In this document: piece by piece, positions 42,585 to 54,518 of the stretch
Numbering within the stretch: position 1 is the first letter of the stretch
Layout of the letters: each line of letters begins with the position of its first letter
Assembly: GCA_963789265.1 (NCBI GenBank)
Contig: CAWBKB010000001.1
Span: 192,001 to 256,000, forward strand
Direction: 5' to 3'
From: an uncultured delta proteobacterium
GTDB taxonomy: Bacteria; Desulfobacterota; Desulfomonilia; Desulfomonilales; Desulfomonilaceae
DNA: 64,000 nucleotides
Position numbers and translations under genes: made by a program
The notes under the pieces: model-generated
Seen by the model: only the letters and a program-made list of their open reading frames with translations
Told to the model about the DNA's origin: nothing
Database searches by the model: none

Positions 42585-44376
42585 TCAATTTTGAGGCAGC
42601 GTTAAGCTTTCCCTCAATCCACGAGCCTGTAAGGCCTGGTTGTATGCAGACATTATGTCACGTTGAGAGATTATCCCGACAACCTTTTTCCCATCTTCCC
42701 CTCCGCGAACCACGGGTAGCCTTTCAATTCCATTATCGTCAATCAATCTCAGGGCCGTGTCCAAATTATCCGCGGTCGTGACGGAGATTGCCGGAATCGT
42801 GGCAATATCCCTTGCTATTACGACGTCACTGATATTCTCTTCGAATATCACTTCCCGAAAATCTTTGAGGGAAAGCATGCCGACGAGATTTCCGTCCGTA
42901 TCGGTTACTGGAAACGACGTATGTTGGCTGTAAGGTATTATCCGAACTAACTCTCCCCATGAGGTTCCCTCGAGCACGGTTTCCGGGTGCCAAGTCATAA
43001 AGTCCTCGACCCGCAAGCTCTTGAGAATGTTGACGTCTCTACCGGCCTGAATGTCCACCCCTCTGCGCAGAAGCTTTAAGGTGTAGATCGACTCCCGTTT
43101 GAGACCCCGCGCGACGAATGTTGAAATTACACAACAAATCATGAGGGGCGGTATGATGCGGTAATCCTGGGTCGTTTCGAAGATGATGAGAAATGCCTGA
43201 ATCGGCGCATGAGTGGCTCCTGCGACCACGGCCCCCATACCCACCACGGCATAGGCGCCGGGCGGGGCCGTATATTCAGGAAACAAAAAATGGACGGCAT
43301 AGCCGAAAGCCTCTCCTAGCATTGCCCCCATGAAGAGCGAAGGTGAGAAAATTCCTCCGGATCCTCCGGAACCAACTGTTATCGAAGTAGCAAAGATTTT
43401 CAAAGGGACGAGAACAAGGACCATGCTCCATACATCCTGATTCAGCAACGCTTTTTGTATAGAATCGTACCCAACCCCCATCACCTGCGGGAATCTTAGC
43501 GCAATGATTCCGATAATAGTTCCGCCTACGGCGGCTTTCATATAGTCCGGCACTTTCCAAGCATCCCAGAAATCTTCGCTCTTGTACACCGAAATAATGA
43601 AGCAAACTGCCACCAATCCACCCAGCAAACCAAGGACCGCATAGGACCAAAGTTCCCACGGGGAGATCCAATCATAAGGAGGAACACGAAATGCCGGATA
43701 GTTTCCCAGGAAGTGACGCGAAACGGCGACCGCGACCACGGAAGATAGCATTATGGGAGTAAACGTCGGCACAGCAAAGTCGGCAAGTACGATTTCCAAG
43801 GCGAAAACAGCCCCCGCCATCGGAGCATTAAATGTAGCCGCAATGCCGGCGGCAGCACCGCAGGCCACAAGCACCCGAAGCTTGTCGCTGGGAACTCTCA
43901 GAAGCCCGCCGAGGAGCGAACCCGCCGCACTTCCAATTAGAACTATAGGACCCTCGCGGCCGACCGATCCTCCTGAGCCTATACACAGGCCCGAGGCGAT
44001 AGTCGTCACAAACGAGACGCGTTTCCTAATCGTTCCGCCCTGGGTGGCTACCGCATCCATGACCTCCGGCACACCATGCCCTTTAGCCTCCCTGGCCAGA
44101 AAGTACCACGATCGGCCCGACAAAGACTCCGCCTATGGCCGGCCCCAGCATAACTCTCCACCAAGGAAGAGATTGGACAACCGGGACAAGATCGCCGCCG
44201 TTCGAATATATGAGTGTCTGAAAAAATTCTATGAGATACCTGAAGACTACAGCGCCGAGCCCGCCGCAAACTCCGACCAGCACCCCCAGACTTGGCAGCA
44301 TGAGGCCGCCCGTGTAATTGAGGATCGTTGGCCTCGGTCGTGGCGCTCTACCATCAGTGGAATCGTTCCCTTGCAT
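42585..44376 (-). CDS. ClC chloride channel/antiporter with CBS pair, frameshifted near 44105
   Basis: GHGVPEV, GREGP, GGSGGIFSP, C-terminal CBS domains. Confidence 0.9.
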
Positions 44377-44553
44377 TGACCCCTCAAATCCGGGAATAGT
44401 CTTCAAAAGGATCAGCCTTGTCAAGCTCCAGGATAATCGAAGATGGGAACCGCTTCGTGGCTGTTGAAAAGGCGATTTGGCACGCACTTTCCGAAGGGAA
44501 TTTGTTTCGGAGCAGCCCCATAGATATCATTTCATGAAACTCTTGTCTTCCAC

Positions 44554-45886
44554 TTAATTCACGGCGTGTATCTTTCGACTCGCCTCAATATCTATTCCAC
44601 GGCGAAAGAGTTTGAGCGTATAAATTGACTGTCTCTTTATTCGGTAAGCAATAAATGTGGATAATGCGCAGCAAAGCGCTAGCGGCAGAATCATTCCATA
44701 ATCCTTGGACATCTCAAGCACCATCACAAGGGCTTGTAGTGGTGCGAGAGTCGTTCCTGCAACCGCAGCGCACATGCCGACAACGGCATAAGCGCCTACG
44801 GGTGCGGCAAACTCAGGAAAGACAGCATTGACGCCAAACCCGAAAAGGCTCCCATGCACGGCCCCCATAAAGAACGAAGGAGCCAATATGCCTCCCGAGC
44901 CTCCGGAGCCCAGGGTTACGGTTGTTGCCAGTATCTTGAGAGGCAGCAAGATCAGCAGAAGGCTCGGGACCTGTTGCCCCAGCAAAACCCTTCCGATGGT
45001 CGAGTCCCCGAGTCCCATTACTTGAGGAAAATACAGGCCGAGACATCCGACGACGATGCCGCCTATTGATGCTTTGCAGTATTCGGGGATCCTGAAAGAA
45101 TTCCAAAGATCTTCCATCTTGTAGGTAGAGAGAGATTGTAAAGGCAACAGCCACCAGCCCGGCTCCTGCCCCCAATACGACGTAAGACGGCAGTTCAAAA
45201 GCGGAGTGCCAGGCGTATGGTGGAATCGAAAATAGGGCATAATTCCCCAAGATCGTGCGAGCGACTACCGTGCCCAGAACTGAAGAAAACAGGACCGGCG
45301 CGGCAGTGGACAAAGTAATATCGACCAGGACTATTTCAAGGGCAAAGATAGCCCCGGCAATGGGAGCATTGAACGTTGCGCCTATTCCGGCCGCGGCGCC
45401 GCAGCCGACCAGCACACGTAACTGTTGCGATGAGAGTCCCAGCGACTGCCTCAAAGCGGAACCGATTAACCTGCACATTTGGATTATCGGACCTTCTCGA
45501 CCGGCAGAACCGCCTGAACCTATGCAGATCGCTGAAGCAACTGCTTTTACCAGTACAAGCCGTTTTCTGATGATGCTCCCGCCAAGGGCTGATGCATAAA
45601 TTACTTCGGGGACGCCGGAACCTTTGGCTTTCCCTGGCAAAGAAATATACCAACGGGCCGACCACGGCCCCGCCGATTGCCGGACCGAGAACTATCCGCC
45701 ACCCGGCAATAAAAGGTACTATCTCGCTGAAGTCGCCGGAGTGGGAGTAAATTAGCCGCTGGAATAATTCAATGAGCCCCCTAAATACAACTGCGCCCAA
45801 CCCGCCGAAAATCCCGTCAATATTACCAGCGCGGGCAGTATCAGGGTAGACGACGGGGAATACTCGTTTGTTTCAAGATCTGTCAT
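44554..45886 (-). pseudogene. second ClC paralog, multiply frameshifted and lacking CBS domains
   Basis: GSGVPEV, GREGP, GGSGGILAP across several frames; ends just after RRGIDI. Confidence 0.75.
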
Positions 45887-46190
45887 GCAGCCACGCTACC
45901 CAACGAGCACGTTGCGAGGCGAGAGTATTCGGAACGGTTCACCTGACAAAGAAACTTGACCTTCATTGTGAGGATTAGTGGTGTGGGCATCCTGCCCGCC
46001 ACCGCGTTCATCTGGCAAAGAAACTGAATCGTCATTGCGAGGGCGCAAGCCCGTGGCAATCTCCCAATCTGGGAGAAAAGATTGCTTTCCCGCGGAACGC
46101 GGGATTTCACTTCTCGCGATGGCATCCCTCCTTCAAGCCGATTCTTTTGCAAGGCTACTATCCGAAAAGCCATTGTCAGCACAAAATTGA

Positions 46191-46673
46191 CTAATTCCGG
46201 GCCTCCGCTTCGAGCGGCTCGATTTTCGCGTTATCGACAATTTCTATACAGCCTATTACACTCTGGGCTGCCGGACATTTGGTCAAATATATTGCAAGGG
46301 CATGCCTTGCGTCGTCTTCTTTGCCCGGTGGAACCTTCAAATCGTAATTAACGCGAATTCTGGTGATCTTTAGCACACCGTTGACATCCTCGATATCGCC
46401 TTCCACATCAGCCCAAAAATTATCCGGAGGTGTGCTGATTTGTTTTCCGGCCAGGACCCCGGCCAGTGTCCCCATCATTCAGGCGGCAACTGCCGTGATT
46501 ATGTGATCCAACGTGGCGGGGTGCTCCTGCGCCGGCTCAACCTTGTAAAATTCTTTGATGCCGCCGTGGACACCATAATAGACTTCGCCTGGAAAACCCT
46601 TGATAATTGCCTTCCTGGTCGGGCCTTCTTCTCTAACGATCCTGCTGACAGACGTATGAACAATTTTGCCCAT
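46191..46673 (-). CDS. OsmC-like selenoprotein (Sec at TGA 46479..46481)
   Basis: ORFs 46479..46673 and 46191..46478 are in frame: PATLDHIITAVAA-TGA-MMGTL; distal KCPAAQSV; SECIS hairpin follows. Confidence 0.88.
46447..46466 (-). promoter_or_regulatory. bacterial SECIS element
   Basis: CUGGCCGG-GGUC-CUGGCCGG: 8-bp stem with two G-U pairs starting 13 nt after UGA; GGUC loop like the E. coli fdhF SECIS. Confidence 0.8.
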
Positions 46674-46857
46674 TTCAACCTCCCGCCAAAGCTATTAAAT
46701 CGTCGTTTGTAGGGTACTTCTTCAACGAGAACAGAGCAAGCGTTTAGTTTTTGCATTAGCAGAATTGCCCGGGCTGAAGAGGCCGGGTTAACGCGGGTGC
46801 CCAAAATAATATCCCTTTGACCATCTACACTTAGAACCTTGAGGGGACGCCGGCGCT

Positions 46858-46955
46858 ACTCCGGATCGGCGTCCGGGGTGACCCCACGTTCCACGCGAGA
46901 TGCCCTACCATATCTTGTCCAGGATTGTTACCTCTTTGCCGGCGCATTGGTATTA
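46858..46955. mobile_element. partial copy of the TA-terminated MITE
   Basis: GGATTGTTACCTCTTTGCCGGCGCATTGGTATTA is similar to the reverse complement of the 59443 end. Confidence 0.6.
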
Positions 46956-47143
46956 GCAGGTCCTGTTTACAGTCGCACCGGAACTAAATTTCACAGGCTT
47001 ACTCTAATTAACAGAACGAATGACGGCCAATTTGACGTTCGCTGTCTGAACGCAGCACATTGGTCATGATTCTCATTTACGATCGGCGGGTGAATTGTTG
47101 AGCCGATCGACGGGCGGGCAATTGTACGTGTGGAGAACCGCAA

Positions 47144-47863
47144 ATGAAAATCGCAAGTCCCGGCATATTGCCGGCAATGATTATAATCTTGCTTACATGC
47201 TTTATCTCGTCTAACCTGTCCTGGTCCAAAGCTCAGGTGCCGGTGGAACCGTTTGCTGTGGTGAAGGCGGTGCAAGGAATCGTTGACATGACCACGGCAA
47301 GGGTCCACCAGCCGGTGGAGCTTATGAACGGGGACATAGTCCATGTTCGGGACACCATAGCCACGAATGCGCGCAGCAAACTTCTGCTGAAATGGAAGAC
47401 CGGGGTATTGACCTCGCTGAGCGAGCAGTCCTCTGTGTCGATTGGTCGAAGCGGGACCCCGAGCAGCCTGGTTAACGTCCTTAAGATGACTAGTGGAGTG
47501 CTTCGCGTCTCAAAACCGGGAGGCTGCAGCCAGGTCACACCGTACAGAGTGACAACTCCGGAAGCTTCCATAGAGCCTCTCGATTATAACGCGCCGGTGG
47601 ATTTCATCGTAGACGTGCGCTCACCGGCAATGTCGGTAATAACGGTGATTAGCGGACCGGTGCGAATCGCCGGTCTATCCGCGGCTCAACCCATGGAACT
47701 GGCCGTTTCGGGCTGCCACACGGTTTTTGTAAACCGGGGGATGCAACAGCCCAAGGTATTTGGGTCGGACTCGGGTGACCTTGGTAAACTAGTGAACCAA
47801 ACAACCATTCCGGGAACATTAGTGATGAATTTTGCGTGTCCTGTGCCGACATGGCTTTTCTGA
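47144..47863 (+). CDS. exported FecR-domain protein
   Basis: Signal peptide; VKAVQGIV, GDIVHVRDTIAT..RSK, YRVTTPEASI, VISGPV. Confidence 0.7.
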   Translation: MKIASPGILPAMIIILLTCFISSNLSWSKAQVPVEPFAVVKAVQGIVDMTTARVHQPVELMNGDIVHVRDTIATNARSKLLLKWKTGVLTSLSEQSSVSIGRSGTPSSLVNVLKMTSGVLRVSKPGGCSQVTPYRVTTPEASIEPLDYNAPVDFIVDVRSPAMSVITVISGPVRIAGLSAAQPMELAVSGCHTVFVNRGMQQPKVFGSDSGDLGKLVNQTTIPGTLVMNFACPVPTWLF

Positions 47864-48000
47864 ATTGCCGCACGACCCGGCACTATGATATGGCACATGA
47901 CTCTTCATTGGGGTCCGGGTACGGCAATCCCGATTCGCGAGCCGAGATATCGGGAATTTCAATCTTCGAAAGAAGAAGCCGCATATAGGCAGTGGTAGGC

Positions 48001-49327
48001 ATGAGAGTAATCAAGTTAATGTTGTTTGCCCTTGCGCTTTGGGTTCGGGCCGGCGCTGTTGTTTTTCGAGCCGCAAACCTTGTTGGGAGACACAAATGAA
48101 CCGGTGCACCCTTTGGTGTATCTGCTGGACGTAGACGGCACGATAAATCCGGCAGTCGCCGCCTTCATTTCAGGCGGAGTTGAAACGGCCGAAGAGAAGC
48201 ACGCTGCTGCGTTAATCATTCGTTTGGACACTCCGGGCGGCGTTTCTGGTTACGACAAAGACCATCATTAAGAAAATGACCAACGCCAGAGTGCCGGTTG
48301 TGGGTGTACGTGGCTCCCAGCGGTTCGTCAGCCGCTTCAGCCGGCGCCCTCATAACCATGGCTGCGGATGTGGCCGCTATGGCACCCGGCACAAATATCG
48401 GCGCGGCCCACCCGGTGGGTGGAATCGGCCAACAAATCAATTCGACCATGTCCGAAAAGATAGTGAATGATCTCACTGCATACATGCGGGCTATAATTGC
48501 AAGTAAGGGACGCAACTCTCAATGGGTCGAAAGTGCGATTAAGGAGAGCGCGTCCATAACGTCCGATGAAGCGCTCCGCCTCAAAGTCATAGATCTCATA
48601 GCAGACTCTGTTCCGCAGCTTCTTAACAAACTGAACGGAAGAACAATCGAGAAGAACCGCATAAGTATGACGTTACAGACCAAAGGCGCTACGGTGGTGA
48701 GAATACCGGCAGGGTGGCGCTTCAAAATACTGGACGCTATCGCCAATCCGAACGTCGCTTACGTCCTGATGCTGATCGGGACCCTCGGCATAATTGTGGA
48801 GCTATACCATCCCGGTGCAATCCTCCCAGGGGTGGCGGGCGGAATTTGCCTCTTCCTGGCCTTCTTTGCTCTGCAAGTACTGCCGGTGAACTATGTGGGA
48901 ATATTGCTTATTATTCTTGCAATAATCCTGTTTGTTGTGGAACTCAAGGTTCCGTCTGTACGGCCTGCTGGGTATAGGGGCAATAATAAGCCTGACTCTG
49001 GGCTCCGTCATGCTCTTTAGCCCAGACGAGACCGGGATGCGAGTATCATGGTCAGTGATAGTCCCCATGGTTTCCGTATTGTCCGCTTTCTTCATTGTCG
49101 TCCTCGGATTGGTGGCGAAAGCTAGGCTCAAGAAGCCGAGGACCGGTCAAGAAGGACTCATGGGAGAAATCGGTCTTGCAGTTACCGATCTTGACACCAC
49201 CGGAATAGTATCGGTTCACGGCGAATACTGGCACGCTCGTGCGTTAGAATTTATCTCTAAAGGCCAAACGATCCGCGTAATTAGGGTTGAGGACCTTTGC
49301 CTGGTGGTGACGCGGGACGCGACGTGA
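48001..49327 (+). CDS. nfeD: NfeD-family membrane serine protease, several frameshifts
   Basis: LDTPGG, VYVAPSG..AASAG, MAPGTNIGAAHPV, TGQEGLMG, VHGEYW. Confidence 0.88.
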
Positions 49328-51153
49328 GATCGTTTCTGAGAAACACTTCTAAACGGAAGGCCACGAACCAGGCAATCGAGCGCAGATCACCGCCCTCTTT
49401 CCTGCACAGACTTTGGAGCCTCGTCGGACCTTACTGGACATCTGAGGAAAAGTGGAAGGCTCTCGCACTGCTCGTTGTGGTCATGGGCATGAACCTTGGA
49501 ATGGTTTATGTTCAGGTGTTGCTCAACCAGTGGATCAAAGAATTCTATAATGCTCTGCAGACTCAGAATAAAGCCCTCTTCTTAACACAACTATGGCGGT
49601 TTGCCGAGCTTGCTGCGGCCTACATCATCCAGGCCGTTTACATGCTCTATCTGAATCAAATGCTTCAGATACGCTGGCGGCGCTGGTTTACGCAAAGGTA
49701 CCTGTCGAGGTGGCTTGGCCACCAAGCATATTATCGTATGCAGTTTCTGGGACCCGGCACGGACAACCCCGACCAACGGATCAGTGAAGACATCGATTCA
49801 TTCATCAATCTCACCTTGACTCTGAGCATTGAGCTATTGAGTTCGGCAGCGACGCTGATTTCGTTCGTTGCCATTCTTTGGGGACTGTCCGGGACTCTCA
49901 GCATACCTCTGGGCGGGTCTTGGGGGACATTGAAAATCCCTGGCTACATGGTCTGGGCTGCCATCACTTACTCCACGATTGGGACGTGGCTTACCCTGCG
50001 TGTGGGAAATCCCCTGATCCAATTAAACTTTAATCAGCAACGATTCGAGGCGGATTTTCGTTTCAGCATGGCTCGCTTGCGTGAAAACAGCGAATCCGTC
50101 GCTTTGTATGGCGGTGAACAGCAGGAACAGGCCGACTTTTTTACTCGCTTCAGATCGGTCGTAAACAATTACTGGAAAATCATGAAGCGACGGAAGAAAG
50201 TTAACTGGCTGACCAGCGGGTACAATCAATTGGCTGTCATTTTTCCGGTGTTGATGGCCGCGCCCCGATTTTTTGCCGGAAAGATGCACCTGGGCGGCCT
50301 AATGCAAACCGTCGCTGCCTTCTCATCGGTTCACAACTCGCTGTCATACCTGGTTAACAGCTACACGACAATTGCGACTTGGACTGCTGTAATGAATCGG
50401 CTCACAGGATTTACCGGCGCCATCGAGCGAGTTGAATCGCTAAAGGGGAGAGAAAACCTCAAGCGTCTCAGTTCTCCCGACCGATCCTTCTACGTAAGAT
50501 CTCTCAACGTGTTCTTACCCGATAATAAGCTTCTGCTGGAAAATTTGAACTTACATCTGGAACCTGGAGCTTCCTTGCTCATCTCCGGGCCGTCCGGCTC
50601 CGGCAAAAGTACGTTGCTGCGCGCCCTGGCCGGGATCTGGCCGTTCGCCACCGGAGTCGTCTCATTACCCGAAACAGCCAAGGTAATCTTTGTGCCCCAG
50701 AGGCCATATCTGCCCTTGGGAACTCTGCGCCGGGCTATGTATTACCCCTACATGCCGGAAAAGGAAGACCGGCGGTTGCCTGAAATCCTCGATATCTGCG
50801 ATCTTACGCATTTATCGACCTCACTGGACAAGGGTGAAAATTGGGCGCAGTCGCTATCATTGGGGGAACAGCAGCGCGTTGCCTTTGCCAGGATTCTTCT
50901 CCAGGGGCCTGATTACATGTTCCTGGATGAAGCAACCGCATCACTTGATGAAGAAAGGGAAGAGACACTTTATCAGCTTGTCAGATCACGACTTCCTTAT
51001 GCGACGGTAGTGAGCGCCGGCCATCGTCATACTTTGCTTGCCTGGCACGAGTCACGTTTGAACCTCCTGGGGGGAGGGAAATGGGCCAGAGTCGTTGGTG
51101 CAAAAGAAGCAGCCGAAACTGTTGGTTCATGGACTGTTAGACGAATGGATTGA
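49324..51153 (+). CDS. fused ABC transporter permease/ATPase (YddA/BacA-like)
   Basis: DNPDQRISED, EADFRF, GPSGSGKS, LSLGEQQR, LDEAT. Confidence 0.9.
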   Translation: MRSFLRNTSKRKATNQAIERRSPPSFLHRLWSLVGPYWTSEEKWKALALLVVVMGMNLGMVYVQVLLNQWIKEFYNALQTQNKALFLTQLWRFAELAAAYIIQAVYMLYLNQMLQIRWRRWFTQRYLSRWLGHQAYYRMQFLGPGTDNPDQRISEDIDSFINLTLTLSIELLSSAATLISFVAILWGLSGTLSIPLGGSWGTLKIPGYMVWAAITYSTIGTWLTLRVGNPLIQLNFNQQRFEADFRFSMARLRENSESVALYGGEQQEQADFFTRFRSVVNNYWKIMKRRKKVNWLTSGYNQLAVIFPVLMAAPRFFAGKMHLGGLMQTVAAFSSVHNSLSYLVNSYTTIATWTAVMNRLTGFTGAIERVESLKGRENLKRLSSPDRSFYVRSLNVFLPDNKLLLENLNLHLEPGASLLISGPSGSGKSTLLRALAGIWPFATGVVSLPETAKVIFVPQRPYLPLGTLRRAMYYPYMPEKEDRRLPEILDICDLTHLSTSLDKGENWAQSLSLGEQQRVAFARILLQGPDYMFLDEATASLDEEREETLYQLVRSRLPYATVVSAGHRHTLLAWHESRLNLLGGGKWARVVGAKEAAETVGSWTVRRMD

Positions 51154-51157
51154 GCTG

Positions 51158-51321
51158 AGTACAGGTTTTCATAAATTCGGTCACGCATTTCCACAGTGGA
51201 GATTGCTTCGTCGTTTCACTCCTCGCAATGACATTCCTACTACCTGTCATTGCGAGCGCAGCGAAGCAATCTTCTTCCGTACTCGGTTCTTAACATCACC
51301 GTATTTGCGAAAAGGAGTACT
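51158..51321. mobile_element. MITE-like element with REP pair between convergent genes
   Basis: AGTACAGGTTTTCATAAATTCGGT versus inverted AGTACTCCTTTTCGCAAATACGGT; internal CTCGCAATGAC...GTCATTGCGAG. Confidence 0.55.
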
Positions 51322-51455
51322 AAGGGATTATGGAGTTTGCTCCGCCTGTGAACTCAATCTGGGAATAACCGATACGATGCAACAGACGAATCCTTGAAAA
51401 ACGGTTCACTCGGATTCGTCTGTTGCGAGCTGCCGGTTGTATTAATGCTCTGTTG

Positions 51456-52893
51456 TTAGAAACTCTCCGCCAAGAAAATCGTTGCACCAGCCCGCTGGAT
51501 CTTCATACGTATGATCCCGCTTTTCTTGGACTTCGTAACCTGCTTGTTGAATTCCGAGACGCCGGTAATTGAAGTTCCGTCGACTTCAAGGATTATGTCT
51601 CCAGGTCTCAACCCCATTGCGGCGCCCCGACCTTCAGGATTCACTTCTTTGATCTCGAGTCCGACCCCTTCTTTTAAATGCAACTTGGATGCCATTTCCG
51701 GGGGTACCTTCTCCACAGTGATTCCGAGTTCGCCGGAAGTCTTTGCAGAAGGTGTCGCAGTCTCGACTGCTTTGGCAGTACGTTCCGCCACTGTGACGTT
51801 CACTTCAAGAGATTTCTTGTCTCTCCAGATTTCTAATTTAGCCGCGGAACCCGGCTTGGTTGCCCCAACAAGGTTCTTGAGTTGCGATGCGTCAGTTATT
51901 GGCTTCCCGTTATAACTGAGAATAATATCTCCCGCCTTAATACCGGCTTTTGCCGCAACACTTTCCGGTACCACCTGTGCCACGAGCGCTCCGTTAGTAT
52001 CAGGGCGTCCAAACGATTTTGCCAGCGCTTGGCTCAGATCCTGAATGTTGACTCCCAGAAGCCCGCGTTCCACCTTGCCGTGCTTGCGAAGTTCCTCCAT
52101 GACCGTTTTCGCAGCATCGGAAGGTATGGCGAATCCTATGCCCATGTAACCGCCACTCTTGGTCGCTATGGCAGTGTTTACCCCGACAACGTGCCCCTTG
52201 AGGTTTACCAAAGGTCCCCCGGAGTTTCCGGGATTGATTGGTGCATCGGTTTGAATGAAGTCTTCGTAACTTTCGATTCCCACGTTGTTGCGGCCTGTTG
52301 CGCTCACGATGCCATTGGTGACGGTGCCCGTCAACCCGAAAGGATTACCAATGGCCATCACGATCTCACCGACTTTCAACTTGGCAGAATCGCCCCACGT
52401 GATCGGAGACAAGTTCTTCGCTTTAATCTTGATCAAGGCGAGGTCACTGTCGGCGTCGGCGGCGACCAATTTGGCAGTGTACTCTCGTTTACCTTGTAAA
52501 GTCACCTTGATCTTCTTCATGTCCTTCACAACGTGGTTGTTTGTCATTATCAAGCCGTCCGGAGATACAATAAACCCAGATCCCAAGAGCGTCTCGACTG
52601 AGTGCGGATGTTGTTGGAATTGCTTGGGCATCTCTTGACCGGGCGGCAAGAAAGGAAATCCTTTAAAAAAAGGCAATAGACCTCCCCCAGGAGCGGTGGC
52701 TACCGTTCTCAGTAGAACTCACGCGCACAACGGAAGGTGAGATCTTCTGCGCAATATCAATAAATGTTTGGCTCAGACCTTGGATCGCCGGTGAAGGCGT
52801 TACTGTAGCGGAAAAGGAGGAGCCGGGAACAACCAACCCCACGATGAGCACTAGCGCTGCCAGCAAAGATGACAGCCAATTCTTTTTGTTCAT
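51456..52893 (-). CDS. degP: Do/DegP-family serine protease with two PDZ domains, frameshifted near 52670-52710
   Basis: Signal peptide; GSGFIV, TNNHVV, DLALIK, INPGNSGGP. Confidence 0.9.
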
Positions 52894-53187
52894 TAATTTG
52901 CCTCCTGTCTAGTCGTGTTTGCAAACGGACTCGTAGTCCCTCTGCGTGATATTCACTACGGAAGTCGATAAACGGTTTAGACCTACATGTTTCCGGGCAT
53001 GTGAAACAACAGACGCAAACAGTATGAAATAGACAGCACAAAAACAAATGCAGGCACACGTCTAATTCTTATTGCCGGCGTTTTGTATTAGGACATGCGA
53101 GAATTCGACTCCAACCGTTGGGACGAACACTCGACAATCTTCGTCTTCCTTGGTCCCCCCATTGCACAGTGATGTACTGTTTGGGCT

Positions 53188-53688
53188 TCATCGTGGTGAA
53201 GCTGCTGCAACCATCTTTTGGCCTCGTTTCAGCTTGCCTTGGCCTTTCTTCGTAATTCCGTCGACCCTGGACAAAGCTTTTCCCGCTCTCACCATCATCG
53301 CTATTCCCTTTCGCACAAGCCTCGCGCCTTCCATCATGTTTCCACCGGCTACTCCCAATCTCCTTATGTTCTGCAACAATCCGGTCTGAAGTTTCCGAAC
53401 CTCAGAAAGCTGTTTTACCTCCTCGGCCATTGTTTTGTCCGCTTCGGACATCATTTATCCGGCCTTCGCATAATGGTGTTTCGTCGCTATAATGCGCATG
53501 GCCTCCTGCAATTTCTTTGACGCGTCCGCCACCTTTTGAGAGCCCTCAATAATCGGGTTCCGTTGCTTGGTTGTTTGTTCCCGTAAGGTGCCTTTTGAAG
53601 TTGCTTGCGCAGTAGCGGGAGGTGTAACAATTTGCACCAGAGCGCTGCTGGTCAACCCTACAGTCCATATTTTAATTTGGGTCCGCAT
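53188..53688 (-). pseudogene. paralog of the Met-rich periplasmic protein with an in-frame TAA at 53455..53457
   Basis: IIEGSQKVADASKKLQEAM...AKAG*MMSEA...MMEGAR..RKG..MM aligns with 33209..33733. Confidence 0.6.
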
Positions 53689-53917
53689 TATTTATGCTCC
53701 CAAGCCTAGTTGACAAATACGACTCGATTACCGAAAGTTTGTTCCATGTTTGACCGCGGAATCATCAAAATAACGGAGGCAACGGGACATGTCGGAAACG
53801 CGGCCCCCCGAGGTGGAAGGTCGAGCGCCGTTGCTCCGTGAACTGGAAGCGGCTCAAATTGTCTACTGTAGAATATGGACGCGAAATGGTTAGGTCCAAC
53901 TCCAGTTGGGCGGAGGG

Positions 53918-54088
53918 ATGAGGATGCTGAGCAAGCCATTCAATCACTTGCCAAGTACAGAATACTTGATCATGCTTGGAGTCGCCATTGTGATTGCGTT
54001 TCTGGCGGCGTTTTTCGGTTCTTTGGTTCGCAGAATTCTGGGAGACCGCCGTCGAGCGGGCCGGACGAAAAATCAGGAATCGCCCTGA
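53918..54088 (+). CDS. small single-TM protein
   Basis: GGAGGG RBS; one hydrophobic helix and a basic tail. Confidence 0.45.
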   Translation: MRMLSKPFNHLPSTEYLIMLGVAIVIAFLAAFFGSLVRRILGDRRRAGRTKNQESP

Positions 54089-54332
54089 GCAGCCCATGAG
54101 ATTTGTTAGTGAGCGCGGCCCAATCTTGACTCTCCTGGAGGGATGTTCTATTTACGAAGAGGGAAGCTTCATCAAGCTCGTTTAGGTACTATTTCTTATT
54201 TATTCAGAGCTGGAGAAAGACAGAACAATCCGCGAGAATGAGAGCGCCATCCAGGACTGTGATCTCGCGGTGAGAGGAGCGTCCCGCGAACGTGGGATCT
54301 TCGCCAATTCTCTCGGATTCTAGGCACCGGTG

Positions 54333-54479
54333 GTAAGCATTCACTTACGCGAGGCAGCTTTTGTCCCTTGTCATTGCGAGGAGTGCAGCGACGAAGCAAT
54401 CTAAGTGGCGTTTAAAGGAATGGATTGCTTCGCTTCGCTCGCAATGACAACCTTTCGCCGTTCATAAGTGAATGGTTAC
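54333..54479. mobile_element. IS66-like MITE
   Basis: GTAAGCATTCACTTA...TAAGTGAATGGTTAC; perfect 8-bp TSD CACCGGTG. Confidence 0.88.
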
Positions 54480-54518
54480 CACCGGTGGACAAAGGGGCAT
54501 CATTCTTCTGCAACCGTC

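Noticed and set aside
45886..46190. Fluoride riboswitch upstream of the ClC genes
   Set aside because: No crcB-motif consensus found, the ClCs have GREGP rather than Fluc/CLC-F signatures, and the region is repeat-derived.
53455..53457. Second recoded stop codon
   Set aside because: The codon is TAA, aligns with Gln and has no SECIS.
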